Source of the DNA: Psammoneis japonica
Lineage: Eukaryota
Length of the DNA stretch: 64,000 nucleotides
Assembly: GCA_008632985.1 (NCBI GenBank)
Contig: QPGO01000064.1
Coordinates: 124,001 to 188,000 of the forward strand
Reading direction: 5' to 3'
The notes below the pieces were generated by a model, which searched no databases, was not told the DNA's origin, and saw nothing but the letters and a program-made list of their open reading frames with translations. Shown here one piece after another: positions 50,751-62,888 of the stretch. Position numbers and translations under genes: made by a program. Position 1 is the stretch's first letter. Every line of letters starts with the position of its first letter.

Positions 50751-51239
50751 GGCGTCACTGATCATTCTGACTGTGACAAACAACAAGAACAACAAGGTCG
50801 TGAGCTGCCATTTCCATGATTTCCAGTGGTGCAGCCTGTTTGCTGGATGGGAAGAAGGCAGCAACTCCAGGCACACCTCCCAGTGGCAGCCTTAAAGAAC
50901 CCATGATCTTCGCAGCAGTCTGCTGGCACCTGGCAGGAACGACTGTCAGCTGGCATGTGCTCTAGATGGCTCAGCCGCTCCTTGCTGCTGCCAGTGGTGG
51001 CGATTGTTCTTCTCCCCACAGTGCCATCCAAATTGTCATTGCAATGACGCAAAAAGCCTTCCAGGGGGCCCTCAGAGAGCACGAGACATTTCGTTTTGAC
51101 AAACTGGGCTGCTTCGGAGAAGCAAAACCCAGTGGAAGCAAAGATTGCTGGCTCAAACAATGAGAGAGATCCATTGTCCCTCTTTGATGTGCACTCCAGC
51201 ATGCTGCTGTTGTGCACAGCAGCAGCCACGTGGACCAAC

Positions 51240-51295
51240 AGCAGCAGCAGCAGCAGCAGCAGCCAGCAACAACACAACAACAACAACAACAACAA
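51240..51295 (+). repeat. (CAG)n/(CAA)n compound microsatellite
   Basis: cagcagcag...caacaacaa runs. Confidence 0.9.
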
Positions 51296-51726
51296 TCCAG
51301 ATGAAGTGTTTGGTTGCTTTCCACCAGAACTGCTAGCTGGCAGCAACAGAGTTGTAGTTCTTGCTGCATCACATCTTGGGGTTCGGCCTTTCGTTTTGGT
51401 GTTTGTTTTTTAGCCCAATGGTTTCGTTGTTCTTTCTCTTGTAATTCAGATGAAACAGAGTGTGAATCAGCAGTCTACAAGGTAGTAGCTCTACTGTGTG
51501 CTGGAATCCCCAACTACCCTAGCTCTTGGCGTCCTCGTTGGCGCAGTCGGGTTCGATGCGTACAAGTCTCAGCGCTACTGCCGCACAGGTGGATGCATGA
51601 TCGGATCGCTTTCTCAACCTCCTGTCTCCTCCTCCTCCTCCTCCTCCTCGACTGATGGTTGCACACCCAGGAGATTCTAGTTCTTCTTCTTTGTGCGGGG
51701 GTTTGCATCCTTTCTCCTTGCTGACG

Positions 51727-52877
51727 CTATCGTGTGATTGAAAACAATAGACAAGTGGATGGTTTCGGCATATCATGTGGTATTGGAAAACAACGAAGGT
51801 ATACTACGAGTGGTGGTTGACAACCGGAGTTAACACGTAGAAATTCATAGACAGATTGTATTATCTCTGTACTATCGCCACTGATTAACTTTTGGATCAG
51901 CGCCTCTTTTAGCCATTTCAAGTAGCAAAGGCTTTTCAAGGTCGTCGTCTTGGTCATCGTGAACGGGCGCAAACACCGAGTCGCATTTGTTCCGTTCATT
52001 GCCTCCAAGACAGCTGCTAAACAACGGAATCGCCGTTTCCACGTCCACAAGAGGCGATCCGAAACTTTCAAACATGCTCGGTAGTTGCTGCTTCTCTTGT
52101 GATTTCTTAGTTTCAGCACTTGTTTGTTGTTCTCTTGCCATTGCTGCTTTTCTTGTTCAATCTCTCTCAATTTCTGCTTGACATGTTCCACCTCGCGCAA
52201 TCGCTGCTTTTGCTTGGCAAACGCTTTTTCTTCTTGAGCTCGTTCCCACGCTAAATCCTCACGAGCATCCTCCATGGCTTGCTCCAATCCCAATCCGCCA
52301 ATTCCAAATACGATCGAGCCTCGGTTTGTCGGAGCTGCGGAAACTCCACCAAAAACGCATGCATCTTGAATTCGGGGCTCGACCGGTCTTGTTGACGGAT
52401 ACTCCGTCCATTCAATCCAAGTCCCTCACGGAGAGGAATAACGAGAACGGCAGGAACAAGGTTTTAAATTGCTACCGGAAAAGCCATTGCAGCGTCGTAC
52501 ATCCAGTGCTTTGCAGCCGTATCGTAAGCAGAGACCCGCCAATGTGTCCTCTGGAAGAACGGTATGCAATACGTAGTCACGGCCTTTGACTTCAGACGAT
52601 GTTGAAGCTTTTTTTTTCTTTTTGGTATCAGAATTTTCACTGCTATCAGAAGAATTGGATGAAGCAGTCGTCGTTGCGTCGGTGCTATTTGTCAACGATT
52701 CTTCTTCTTTGTTGAGATTCTTGTCGACGGCTTTCCATTCACGAGTCGATGCGTTGAAACTCCACTTGAGCCCCGCCGGAAGCGCAATTGGTTGCTGTAT
52801 CGCATTATAGTTAGCAGCAGGTCCACGTGATTGATCAATTGTCTGCCGTTTCCACGGCAATTGTCCTCCTTCGCCAT
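51727..52877 (-). CDS. LysM-domain protein with UBA-like helix and coiled coil
   Basis: HTVLPEDTLAGLCLRYGCKALDVRRCNGFSG, then EARSYLEL..LEQAMEDAREDLAWE. Several frameshifts. 3' end uncertain. Confidence 0.75.
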
Positions 52878-53164
52878 GGTGAAGTTCGTATTCTCACTCT
52901 ATATTCTTTGCCGCTTTTACTCTGACTCTCTCAGTCGTGATGTGTGATGATTGCATGAAGATGTCGTGTTGTATGTTTCGCGACGCGCTTTTTTTCGCGG
53001 TTCCGTTTCCCGTACCATACTGCGCGTCACCCGCGCGAATATTCGTTCTCCGGGTTTCTTTTGCCACGTTTCAAAAATTCCCTCCGACAATTGTATTTCG
53101 GTTCTTCCAATTCGTCCCGCAATGGCATTTGAAGTGAACGCAGTAGTGCCTGACCTTTCATACA

Positions 53165-54626
53165 ATGACAAACAGAATGGGACGTTCATGTCACTTGTGG
53201 ATGACTCTGGTGGGCCTTTGGACCTACGTTTCTGTATCACATGCTTTCTCGTTGCTTCCTCATTCAATCTCGAGCAAAACGAAGCACACCATGCGAAAAC
53301 AACTACACGGTTTAGAAATGACGACACAGGCAGTGGAGAATGAGAGAAAACTGAATTTGATCGAGTCCTTTCTAAAATCCCAACAGCCACTAGGAATGCA
53401 ACGTTCCAGGCTCCACGACATGATGAAGGAGTGCAAGTTTCACAACAACATGCCTGTCGTTGTCATTACCGGAGCTACCGGTGGCATTGGTAGGACGCTC
53501 TGCAAGGTTGTGGTGGAAATGGGAGGGAAGGTAATTGCCGTGGATGTGAATCAAAAGGCGCTAGCCGACATGGATGAGATTCGTCGACAGTCACTGGTAC
53601 AGATGAAACTAATGTATCCGACCGAATCATTCCAGTAGTCTCGGACTTTGGCGATTTGGATTCCGTGTCTGATGCAGCTGATGTCATTTTAGATTCGATA
53701 GAGGTGGAATTGACATCTTGGTCAATAATGCTGGAATTTTTTATGGAATGGAGGATGATTTGGTGACTGACATTGCCAAGACAACTCCTCAAGGATATGA
53801 CGCTTGCTTTTCCATTAATTACTTGAGTCACTTTTTACTGACCGAAAAGCTTCTGCCGAAACTCTCCAATGGCGGTGGACGAGTCGTACACGTCACGTCT
53901 GGATTGCATTATGGAGTGGATGGATCCGGTCTCAAGGTTGTACAAGGTGGCGGCGATCCTACAGCTAGTTTTGGTTCCCATTGGACACCCACTCATGTCT
54001 CGGATTCCTATGGCAACACCAAGCTCGCCCAGATTTGGCATGCGTGTTGGTTGAATCGACGTTGCTCAGATAAGGACATTGTTGCTGTATCGGCATGTCC
54101 GTCATGGGCAGCCACGGGAATTGCTGGAAAAGACAATGACGAGGGACGAGAACTGCTGGAACAGTACGCATTTTCCACCAAACCAATTGTACGTGACGGC
54201 GACGACAACGTGGATCAAGTTGCGGGTCCGGCAGTGACGTCTATTTTGAATGCCATGTTTTGTTCCATAGACAAATTGGGACCGCAAGCACTTTTGGGTG
54301 AAAAGATTATTGGTAACTCGCGCGTCTTTGATACGTTGGCTCCTCCACCAGCTTTTGTGTGCTCGCAAGCCGTCAAGGCCGTGTTTGGTAGCCGAGCCAG
54401 GTTTGTCTACACTTTTGCATCTGTTGTTGTTTTAGTGATGCAACGATGGCTTCATGATGAACTCATTTTGCAGTCAACATCGCCAGAGAGTGTCAACACT
54501 AATGACCAAGACGCCCTATGCATGTGGAGTAAAGAAGCTGTTTCACCGTGGTTACGAGATGGAGCCAAGAGCAGTGACAAGGAGAATCGTCGTACGACAA
54601 CAGAAATGGCTATTGATTTGCCCTAA
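53165..54626 (+). CDS. Short-chain dehydrogenase/reductase (retinol dehydrogenase-like), probable signal peptide
   Basis: TGATGGIG, NNAG, INYLSHFLL, YGNTK. Frameshifts near 53590 and 53705. Confidence 0.88.
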
Positions 54627-55143
54627 TCGAATGGAGCTTTTCCATGATGTTGGTTTCATGTCTGCAGTACCTGCTGCGAATGTAGAATATTAAAATGAAT
54701 ACAAAAGTTTCTACAATGCCCCTCAAACTTGCTCAATCAATCATTCCTACCGTATCTGCTGTGGATGGGAAAGTGATCAGCTGGATGTTCCTGTGAGAGT
54801 AGAGAGTGTCAACATTGAAGATCAGGATACCTTATATAAGCATGTGGAGAAAAGAAGCTGTTTCACCGCGTGGCTACGAGATTGAGCCAAGAGCAGCGAA
54901 AGGGAGAATCGCCGTACTACTACAGAACTGGCCATTGATTTACCCTGACCGAATGGAGCTTTTCCATGATGTGGCGTTCATGTCTACAGTACGTATTTCA
55001 ATCCTCGCTGTCTTTCACAGTGACATACAAATGTTAAAATTTAACGTGAATAAAAGAATATACATTGCCCCTCTTAACTTGCTCAATCATCCATTCCTAG
55101 CGGTTGCGGATGGCGAAAGTGGTCAGGCGGATGCTCCTGTGAA
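54485..55143 (+). repeat. Diverged direct tandem duplication (about 54485-54797 and 54801-55143)
   Basis: Both units begin agagagtgtcaaca and share gcatgtggag.aaagaagctgtttcaccg, cgaatggagcttttccatgatgt and aacttgctcaatca. Confidence 0.92.
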
Positions 55144-56649
55144 GGTAGGTAAACCTCCTCGATCTCGTCAGCTTCGCACACGTACGAACCATCCTCCGCG
55201 TCACTAATACCCTCCTCTTCTTCATACGGAGTGACCGGCGGCATTGTTTCCGCTGCTTCTTCATCTTGGTACATTTGACCATCAGCGGGATAAACATTAC
55301 GCGTTGGCGCAGGGTCGTTGGGCGTGTCGTACGGTTGCATGCCAACCACAACATTACTGTTGATCACGTCGTCACCACCTTCGTAGTGGGCTTTTCCGTC
55401 CACCGCGATGCGATCCCGTCGTTTCTTGTAAAACATGAGAACAAACCCTAGAACCAGCAGTCCTATCGCTGTACCCAAAATCACCCATACCCAGTATGGA
55501 TTATTGTCCGTGTTGACTTGAGGAGCCGACGCTGGATTGATTGCACCCGCCGATCCAGTGTTTGACAAGGGCGCAGCCACCCCAACAGGTCCCACACCAT
55601 CAAAGTATTCTGTTCCGTTCTCGGGGCCTTCTTCTTGCAGAGTCTCGCGAATTCTGTCAGCGTTGGCATCGACGGCGTCGTCCACTTTTTTTGCCATGTC
55701 GCCAGAGCTGCATCCACGACACTGTCCAGTCACGTAAAAGTGAGCATTGTTACGAAACGCGCGCTGTCCTTGAAGACCACGCCCTCTCCTGGCTATAGGC
55801 AGAAGATCCTGGTACAAGAATTCAACCGTTTCTAAGGCAATGGACGGGGGCGGATCATTCGCCAAAGCTGGTTCCAATATATCAAATAACACTCCCTCGA
55901 CAAGAGCAATTTCAGTGTCGTCCATCTCATCCATGACAGGACTAATTTCCAGGACGAGCTCGGTGGACACGAAGAATGGACCGATAAAAGTAACAAACAA
56001 GGATCCCTGGTTATCATTGTTGAATCTATCAACGAACATTTGGACCCTTTCAATCGTTGCCTTTTCGACAACGTCCCCGCCCAACGCATTCAGAATCTCG
56101 ACAGTCACGGTACTTTCGACGATGGCGCAGTCATAGCCTTCGATGGTCGGAGTGCATGGCGTTCCTGTCATAAAGAAAAAAAGCAAGAAAGGTGTGAACA
56201 TAAATAACTGATAGCAATGGTAGTCTCTACTGATCAAGAAAGTTGAACTAGACACAACAATCTGTGCATGAAAATAAGAACGTACCTAACTGCTGAGAAG
56301 TGATTGCTTGAATATTCAACGGAGGAGTAGACGCCTGAGCAATGAACTCATCCAACGAATCCTTGATTTCTGTCTGCAGCTCATTCATGCCTAGATCAAT
56401 GGTTGGTGTGGAACCAGCGGGGTTTACATCCATTTGATATTCATACTTGAAATCAAAAACAGGGTTGTCTTCCACTTGGAGTTGCCGCTCGTCCGTGACG
56501 ATCTTAAGCTGCGGCATTTCGTCAACATTATTTGTTTCATCCACGTGAATATCGGTAGCAATCTCTAAACTCAATTCCTCGGCCGTAACTTTCGCCCCTC
56601 CCAACAACAGCAACAAGGCCGCTGCCGAAATCGTGCAACCTTTTCTCAT
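55083..56649 (-). CDS. Type I single-pass membrane protein (2 exons)
   Basis: Signal peptide, acidic ectodomain, TM WVWVILGTAIGLLVLGFVLMFY followed by KKRR, acidic tail. Intron about 56285-56167. Confidence 0.8.
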
Positions 56650-57813
56650 GACTTACGGATACAATCCTTTTGCTGTTCTCTCAAATTTGTCGGTTCACAA
56701 CAGCAAGATCTTGTTTCAATGCTGGAGTAAACTTCAGTTGTCTGTATCGTCGCAACCTTACGGAAGAGTCGTAGACAATAGGTGAAATAATGGCAACACT
56801 CCTGAAAGTCCCGCTTCACTTTCCCTTGTTGTGTGCGAGTTGTGGTGGTATCTGCTGTCACGATTGGTCGGTCGCGAAAAACAACAAAAAGTGACCATGG
56901 TATGTCCATGTAGAAATGTACGAAATCATTCCAAAAATTAACGACTGTAACGACAATTTTGGCACATAATAGAAAGCGACAAAACCTTATCAGGCATTGA
57001 ATATGAATATTTGAGCTCAACGGCGGTTCTCATCTAAATCCTACTAATTACTATTTTAGTGGCTTAATATCAAATTAATGCTTGGAAATTTAAACTATTA
57101 TTAAGGCTCTAAGGTTTTACATTTGAAATTCCTTTAAACACGACTGTGTATTATTTTCTGCAAGCGTATATAATGTATTACAACGGAAAGAAGAGGGACA
57201 AGGTCGAGCGAGTCGTGGCGTCGAGTCACGAGTTAAGATTCCATGACTACAGCGTGAAATCATCTCTACTCTAGAAGTGCTAAGAGAGTACCCTAGCTAT
57301 TAGCTAGACTATGTTAGCTGTGACAACGCTACAGCTATGGTAACCCTACTGCAGAGCACTCTCTCTAGAGTTATTCCGAAACTTCTAAACAAAAAACTAT
57401 GTGCTGCAATCGAGAGAAAAGAGATCTCATGTCGCGATTGATGATTCTTCATCAATCGATCCGATTCGAGCAGCATTACTGAAAGTTTTAATCTTGAGCA
57501 CACACTAGCTAAGTAAAGGAATCGCCCGAAGTAAATGTGGATGGTAGATTACGAGTTCTAAGTCGAAAACCATCATACTGTATCATTTTCTCCGATCCAA
57601 GATCAGTTCGCGCGGACCGACTGAATGGAATCCCGTTCAGGAGTCATACATTGACAAGTTTGGATTCGCCCGTAGAATTTGTACCGAATTTTACGTCACG
57701 CGCCGTCAAGCACGAGCCCGGTATCGCGGCTATCATCGTGCATCGCCGCTTGTGTCTTGAGTCGCTGTTGGTGACCTTTATTCGACTTTAACACAACAAG
57801 CGACTTCTTCACG

Positions 57814-60800
57814 ATGGGTTGCTGTCCCTCTACCAACACAGTGGAAAACCCTATCAGGAGCGTACCAGTAAGTCGGTATTGTGATGAATATATGGGAGGT
57901 TCACAAAATACCTCCAGTGAAAAGATCTCTAATCGAACGTATTTTTTGTTTCATACGTTGCACGTTGCTCAGGTACAGCCCGCTACTCCAAGTGCCCCTG
58001 CTCCAACTCCTCAGAACGACAGATATAATGGTAACTATGAGGCCCCTCCTAATAGCAAGAGACCATCTGCTGCGATTTCCAAACCCAAAGTTTATGTGCG
58101 GCCACCGAGTCAAAAACACGAGACAAGCCCTAGCCGTGAGCTGAGACCCAGCGCAACGGCCAGTTCACAGTTTCAAGCGCCCTACAACCCAAACCCAAAA
58201 ACGTTTAAGCAACCATCCATTGCACTGCAGGCACAACCCCAGTATAGAGCAAGGGATGTCGCTACTAGGACTGCAGCGCCAAAAAGTGCGTACAAACCAC
58301 CGCCCAACTATGCGTCTTGGATCGCAGAAGCACAAAAGGACAAGGAAACCTTTCACGATGACGATGAAGAAGAAGAAGAAGATAGTTATGACGCCACTAA
58401 AGAGCTGGAGCAGTTTGCGCCGCGACTATTGCGCACTAGAGACCCTAAAAGGTCCATTGATCCACGTCTCGAGGCTTCGGTGCGCACAATTCAGCTAAGG
58501 TATGACGAGGTCTACTATGAAGGTGAAGAGGTGAGTCGAGAAGAGCTGCACGTCTCTATTACTGTATCATTACATATTTGTCTCCTTATGCGACATGCTT
58601 ATGTACGGTATTATTGCAGATTGGTGCTGGTGCGTTTGCTACTGTGTTTGCGGCGACTCACTTAGAGTCCAAGACGGACTACGCTGTCAAGAAAATTGAT
58701 CGTGAAAAAATGTTTTGGAACGAACGGGATGCTCTGGAGGACGAAATCAAGAACTTGACATTGTTGCGAGATGGCCCCAATATTGTACAGCTCTTTGAAG
58801 TATATGTGGAGGGGCCCAAAACACTGTTGGTGAGTTGTGCTATCCATGAATAAAAGGTTGACGATAGACTGAGTACTTCTTATCTGAATCGCATGTTTCA
58901 CTCTCTATTCCTCAATGTTTTAGGTGATGGAGTGGTTGAGAGGGGGCGAGCTGTTCGATAGGATCGTGGAGAAAACGAGGTATTCGGAAAAGGAAGCCCG
59001 CAATGCTTGCCGTTGCATGCTGAACGCTTTGCGCTATATGCACAAGCGAAAAGTTTGTCACCGGGATCTAAAGCCTGAGAATCTCTTGTTGGTCAGCCGT
59101 GACGACGACACAACACTCAAGCTTGCAGACTTTGGTTTTGCCAAGAAATTATTAATGCCCAATTCGTGTCGCACGCTCTGTGGCACGCCGGGATATCTGG
59201 CCCCGGAAATCTTGGAGCGCTTCCCAGCGTACGACGTGAGCTGTGACATGTGGAGTGTCGGTGTGATCCTTTTCTTGTTGATTGGAGGCTATCTGCCCTT
59301 TGACCATGACGATGAAGATGAGGTCTTTGAGCTTACCAGAAATGGAACCTTTAGCTTCCACCCGAAATACTTCAAATCGGCATCTGATGAAGTCAAAGAT
59401 TTGATTGGAGGAATGCTAACCCTGAATCCGTGGAGGCGGCTTACTGCGGAACAGTCCTTGGAATCGGAATGGATGAAACAGGGAGACGAAGAGCTTAGCA
59501 GTCGCGTCTTGACTCAGAATCTCAGCAAAATGTCGGAAAGCTTTCGCGGAAAGCCAGATGCTCTTAATGAGGGCAACAGGGAGACGTCTGATCGTTTGGG
59601 ACAATTGTCTGAAGACTTCAAAAATTATTTGGCCAACAAAGGCCGCCAAGAGACTGTTTTGACTAAGGCGTCAGTTGCTAAGGTACGGGGTGTGCGTTTC
59701 CCTTGGCTTGTGATATTTTGAGTACGCTTCTTAAACTCCTTCTTCTCTACTTGCTTAGGCTGCTGTCATTCAAGACGACGAATCCCTAACAGGACTTCCG
59801 TTTCATAACTTTTACACTATCGGCAAAAAAGTAAGTTGTGTTCTTCTTGATCGGGTCTGAATCGAAAGTGATTAATCTCTCACGCTCTATCATTGAACAC
59901 CGTCCCTTATCCGTCGAAGCTGGGTGAAGGGGGGTTTGCCGAGGTTTACCAGGCAACGCATAAAGAAACGAAGAAAGAATACGCCGTCAAAACTATTATG
60001 CAAGACAGCCTCGATGCGCAGGGTATAATGGCTCTACAGGATGAAATTAGTGCCCTAAAGCTGCTGCGAAACGGCCCACATATTGTCAGGCTGTATGATG
60101 TGTTTGAGGAACCCAGCAGCACATACCTCGTTTTGGAGTACATGCAAGGCGGCGAGCTGCTTGAACGCATTGTAGAAAAGGAAGTGTACACTGAACGTGA
60201 GGCAAGACAGGTGTGCAAGATTCTGTTTGAGACCGTGATTACATGCACAAGAAACAAATCGCTCACCGCGATCTGAAGCTAGATAACCTGCTACTGGTTG
60301 TAAGTTTTTTCATCCTATTGTCGAGAAGCCAACTGCTTATGATTCGTTTCTCACACCAGATGTGCTGTCTCCCCTACCTACTTCTCCTTCCTCACAGCAA
60401 AAGAACAATGATACTTCGATTAAAGTTGCAGACTTTGGCTTTGCAAAGCGGGTAACAAAGAAGAACGGGCTGAGGACGATTTGTGGAACACCTGCTTACA
60501 TTGCACCAGAAGTCCTTGGGATCCGGTCCCGTGGTTACGATACCAGGTGCGATTTATGGAGCAGTGGCGTCATCGGTAAGACTTCATGGCGTTTTTTTTG
60601 ACTTGCACGTCGTCTGGTTTTATGTTTTGACTTTGTCCATTCATTCTCCTCCTTACTTGTTGACATTGGTCCTGCATCACAGTCTATGTTTTGCTAGGCG
60701 GATATCTCCCGTTTGATGGTTCTTTGGAGGAAATTACTCCTTTGATATTGAGTGGTTCCTACGAGTTCCACGAAGCTTACTGGAGTGGTATTTCGGAGAA

Positions 60801-62676
60801 CGCAAAGGACCTAGTGCGTAGCTTACTTCAGGTGAACCCCGATGATCGTATCAGCGCCGAAGAAGCACTTCAGAGTGACTGGATGACGGTCGCTGGAGCG
60901 ACACTAGCAAGAAGGGATTTGTCAATCGTGCAAAGTAGGATTGTGACGGAGAAGTTAAGGGTGCCGTCAAGGTGTAAGTTCACAGGTCGACGACAGCTTC
61001 GAAGAACTGGAGATAGCACACTCGCATTCATGGTCACCTTTGTTCTTCTTTTTCTATCGCCAATGTACAGGTCATGGCAACGAAAAAGCTCAATACTCTG
61101 ATGAGCGTCCCCGATACAGTCAGAGAGTCGGAAGAGGTGCGTGTACTTGGCACGGCTTTTATGGAAACTAAGGCTTTTGATTGTGAAATGTGTAACTCCC
61201 ATCTTGTTCTTTGGCTCACGGTTTGTTTTCTTCATCTAGAAGATCGAAGAGGAAGAAGCCAAGGTCGAGGACTCGTCGAGTTTAAAGCCGTTTAACGATC
61301 TCTACGACTGGAACAAGAAGGTAACTTTCCATTCCTTTTTTGCGACGATCAATGTACCCACAATGGCCGTTGATCGATCTCTTATCCGCTTTGATGTTTG
61401 TTTGGATGTGACAGATTGGAGCAGGGACCTTCTCAGTTGTCCACGAAGCGACTCAAAAACAGACAGGAATGAAGTATGCAGTGAAACGTGTTTCGCGGAA
61501 GCTATTGGACGAAACTGACGCCGTCGCCCTCAAAGACGAAATAGACGCGCTGAAAGAGGTCCAAGGAAACCCGTACATTCTCGATTTTCACGACGTCTTT
61601 GAAGAACCGGACTACACGTTCATCGTGATGGAACTATTTCGTGGCGGCAACCTCATTCAACGCATCATCAAAAAGTCTAGTTACACGGAGGACGAAGCCA
61701 GGACTGTATGTCGGTCGCTGCTGCTGGGTGCAGAGTACATGCATAGCAAGAACATTGCGCATCGCAACTTGAAGGTAAGTCGTTCCTTTGGGGAGGATCC
61801 TCGATTTGCGTGTCTTTTGGATTATGGCTCATTTCGATCTCTGTTTGCTTGGTACGAAGCCCGATAATTTTTATTTGGTGGTAGGTTGATCAATTGCTGG
61901 AGTAGCGCTTTTGTTTTGCATTAGCTGCGAACGTGCCGCCTCATCGTGTTACCATTTCTTGCGTTCTTCATGGCGTAGTCGGAAGACAGTGATACTGATT
62001 TGAAGATTTGCGACTTTCACTTTGCAAAGAAAGTCCTGTACGAGAATTCTTTACAAACTCAGTGCGGAACTGAGGGTTATGTTGCGCCGGAGATCTTGCA
62101 GCACCACCCGGCGTACGGTACACAATGCGATATGTGGTCTTTGGGCGTTGGTGAGCTTGACGTTTTCACTTTCGCATACAATATGCTTCGTTCGTTCCGT
62201 CTTACGAGTTCGTATTATTTTGTCTGATTCTTGTGTAGTCCTTTATATTGTACTGGGGGGATATCGCCCGTTCCGTGGTAGCGGTGATGTGCTGATGCGA
62301 CAAATTCGGTATGGCGAATACGAGTTTCATCCAAAGTATTGGAACCACGTTTCAGACGAGGCAATGAATCTCATTTCGTCCCTATTGACAGTCGACCCGT
62401 CAAAACGTGCAACTGCTTCACAAGCACTGAGGAGCTCGTGGATGACAATGGGAAGTGAGAAGCTGACTGCCGATTTGAATCCGAATCTTGAAAAGTTACG
62501 GAAGGATTTTGATCCGACACATACCTTTCGGGGTGCTGTCAAATCGGTACGTACTACGCCGCGGCGTGTCTCGCCTTTTTGTGCGTGCTATATTAATTTG
62601 ACCGGTTCTACCACTAACGTTTTGCTCATTCCGCGAACAGGTTATGTTGGCTCAACAGCTTAAAAATTATTTCTAG
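57814..62676 (+). CDS. Multi-exon CaMK-like protein with three tandem kinase domains
   Basis: MGCC N-terminus. Kinase 1 [17 protein letters not shown]; kinase 2 [17 protein letters not shown]; kinase 3 GAGTFS/HRNLK/DFH. Joined by many short GT-AG introns. Stop TAG at 62674-62676. Confidence 0.88.
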
Positions 62677-62888
62677 AGAGAGGCTCGGTAACATTGCTTC
62701 AAAGCCTCTTAACAAATCAAAATGCATTTTCAAAGCGACGTCATTTTGGCTTTCAAAGATAGAATGCGGCGTTTCAATCCCGTCCTTGTTTGTCACAGAA
62801 CGTCCCGAATATCACTCTTGCGCTGTAATTCAAAAGACCCTAACCGCGCAAATGCGACATGTTCGTATTGGAAACCAACAAACAAACC

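Larger units (their letters stand above)
45740..51400. other. Heavily TpA- and CpG-depleted relic block
   Basis: About 5.6 kb with very few TpA and sparse CpG. Fragmented ORFs. Confidence 0.85.
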
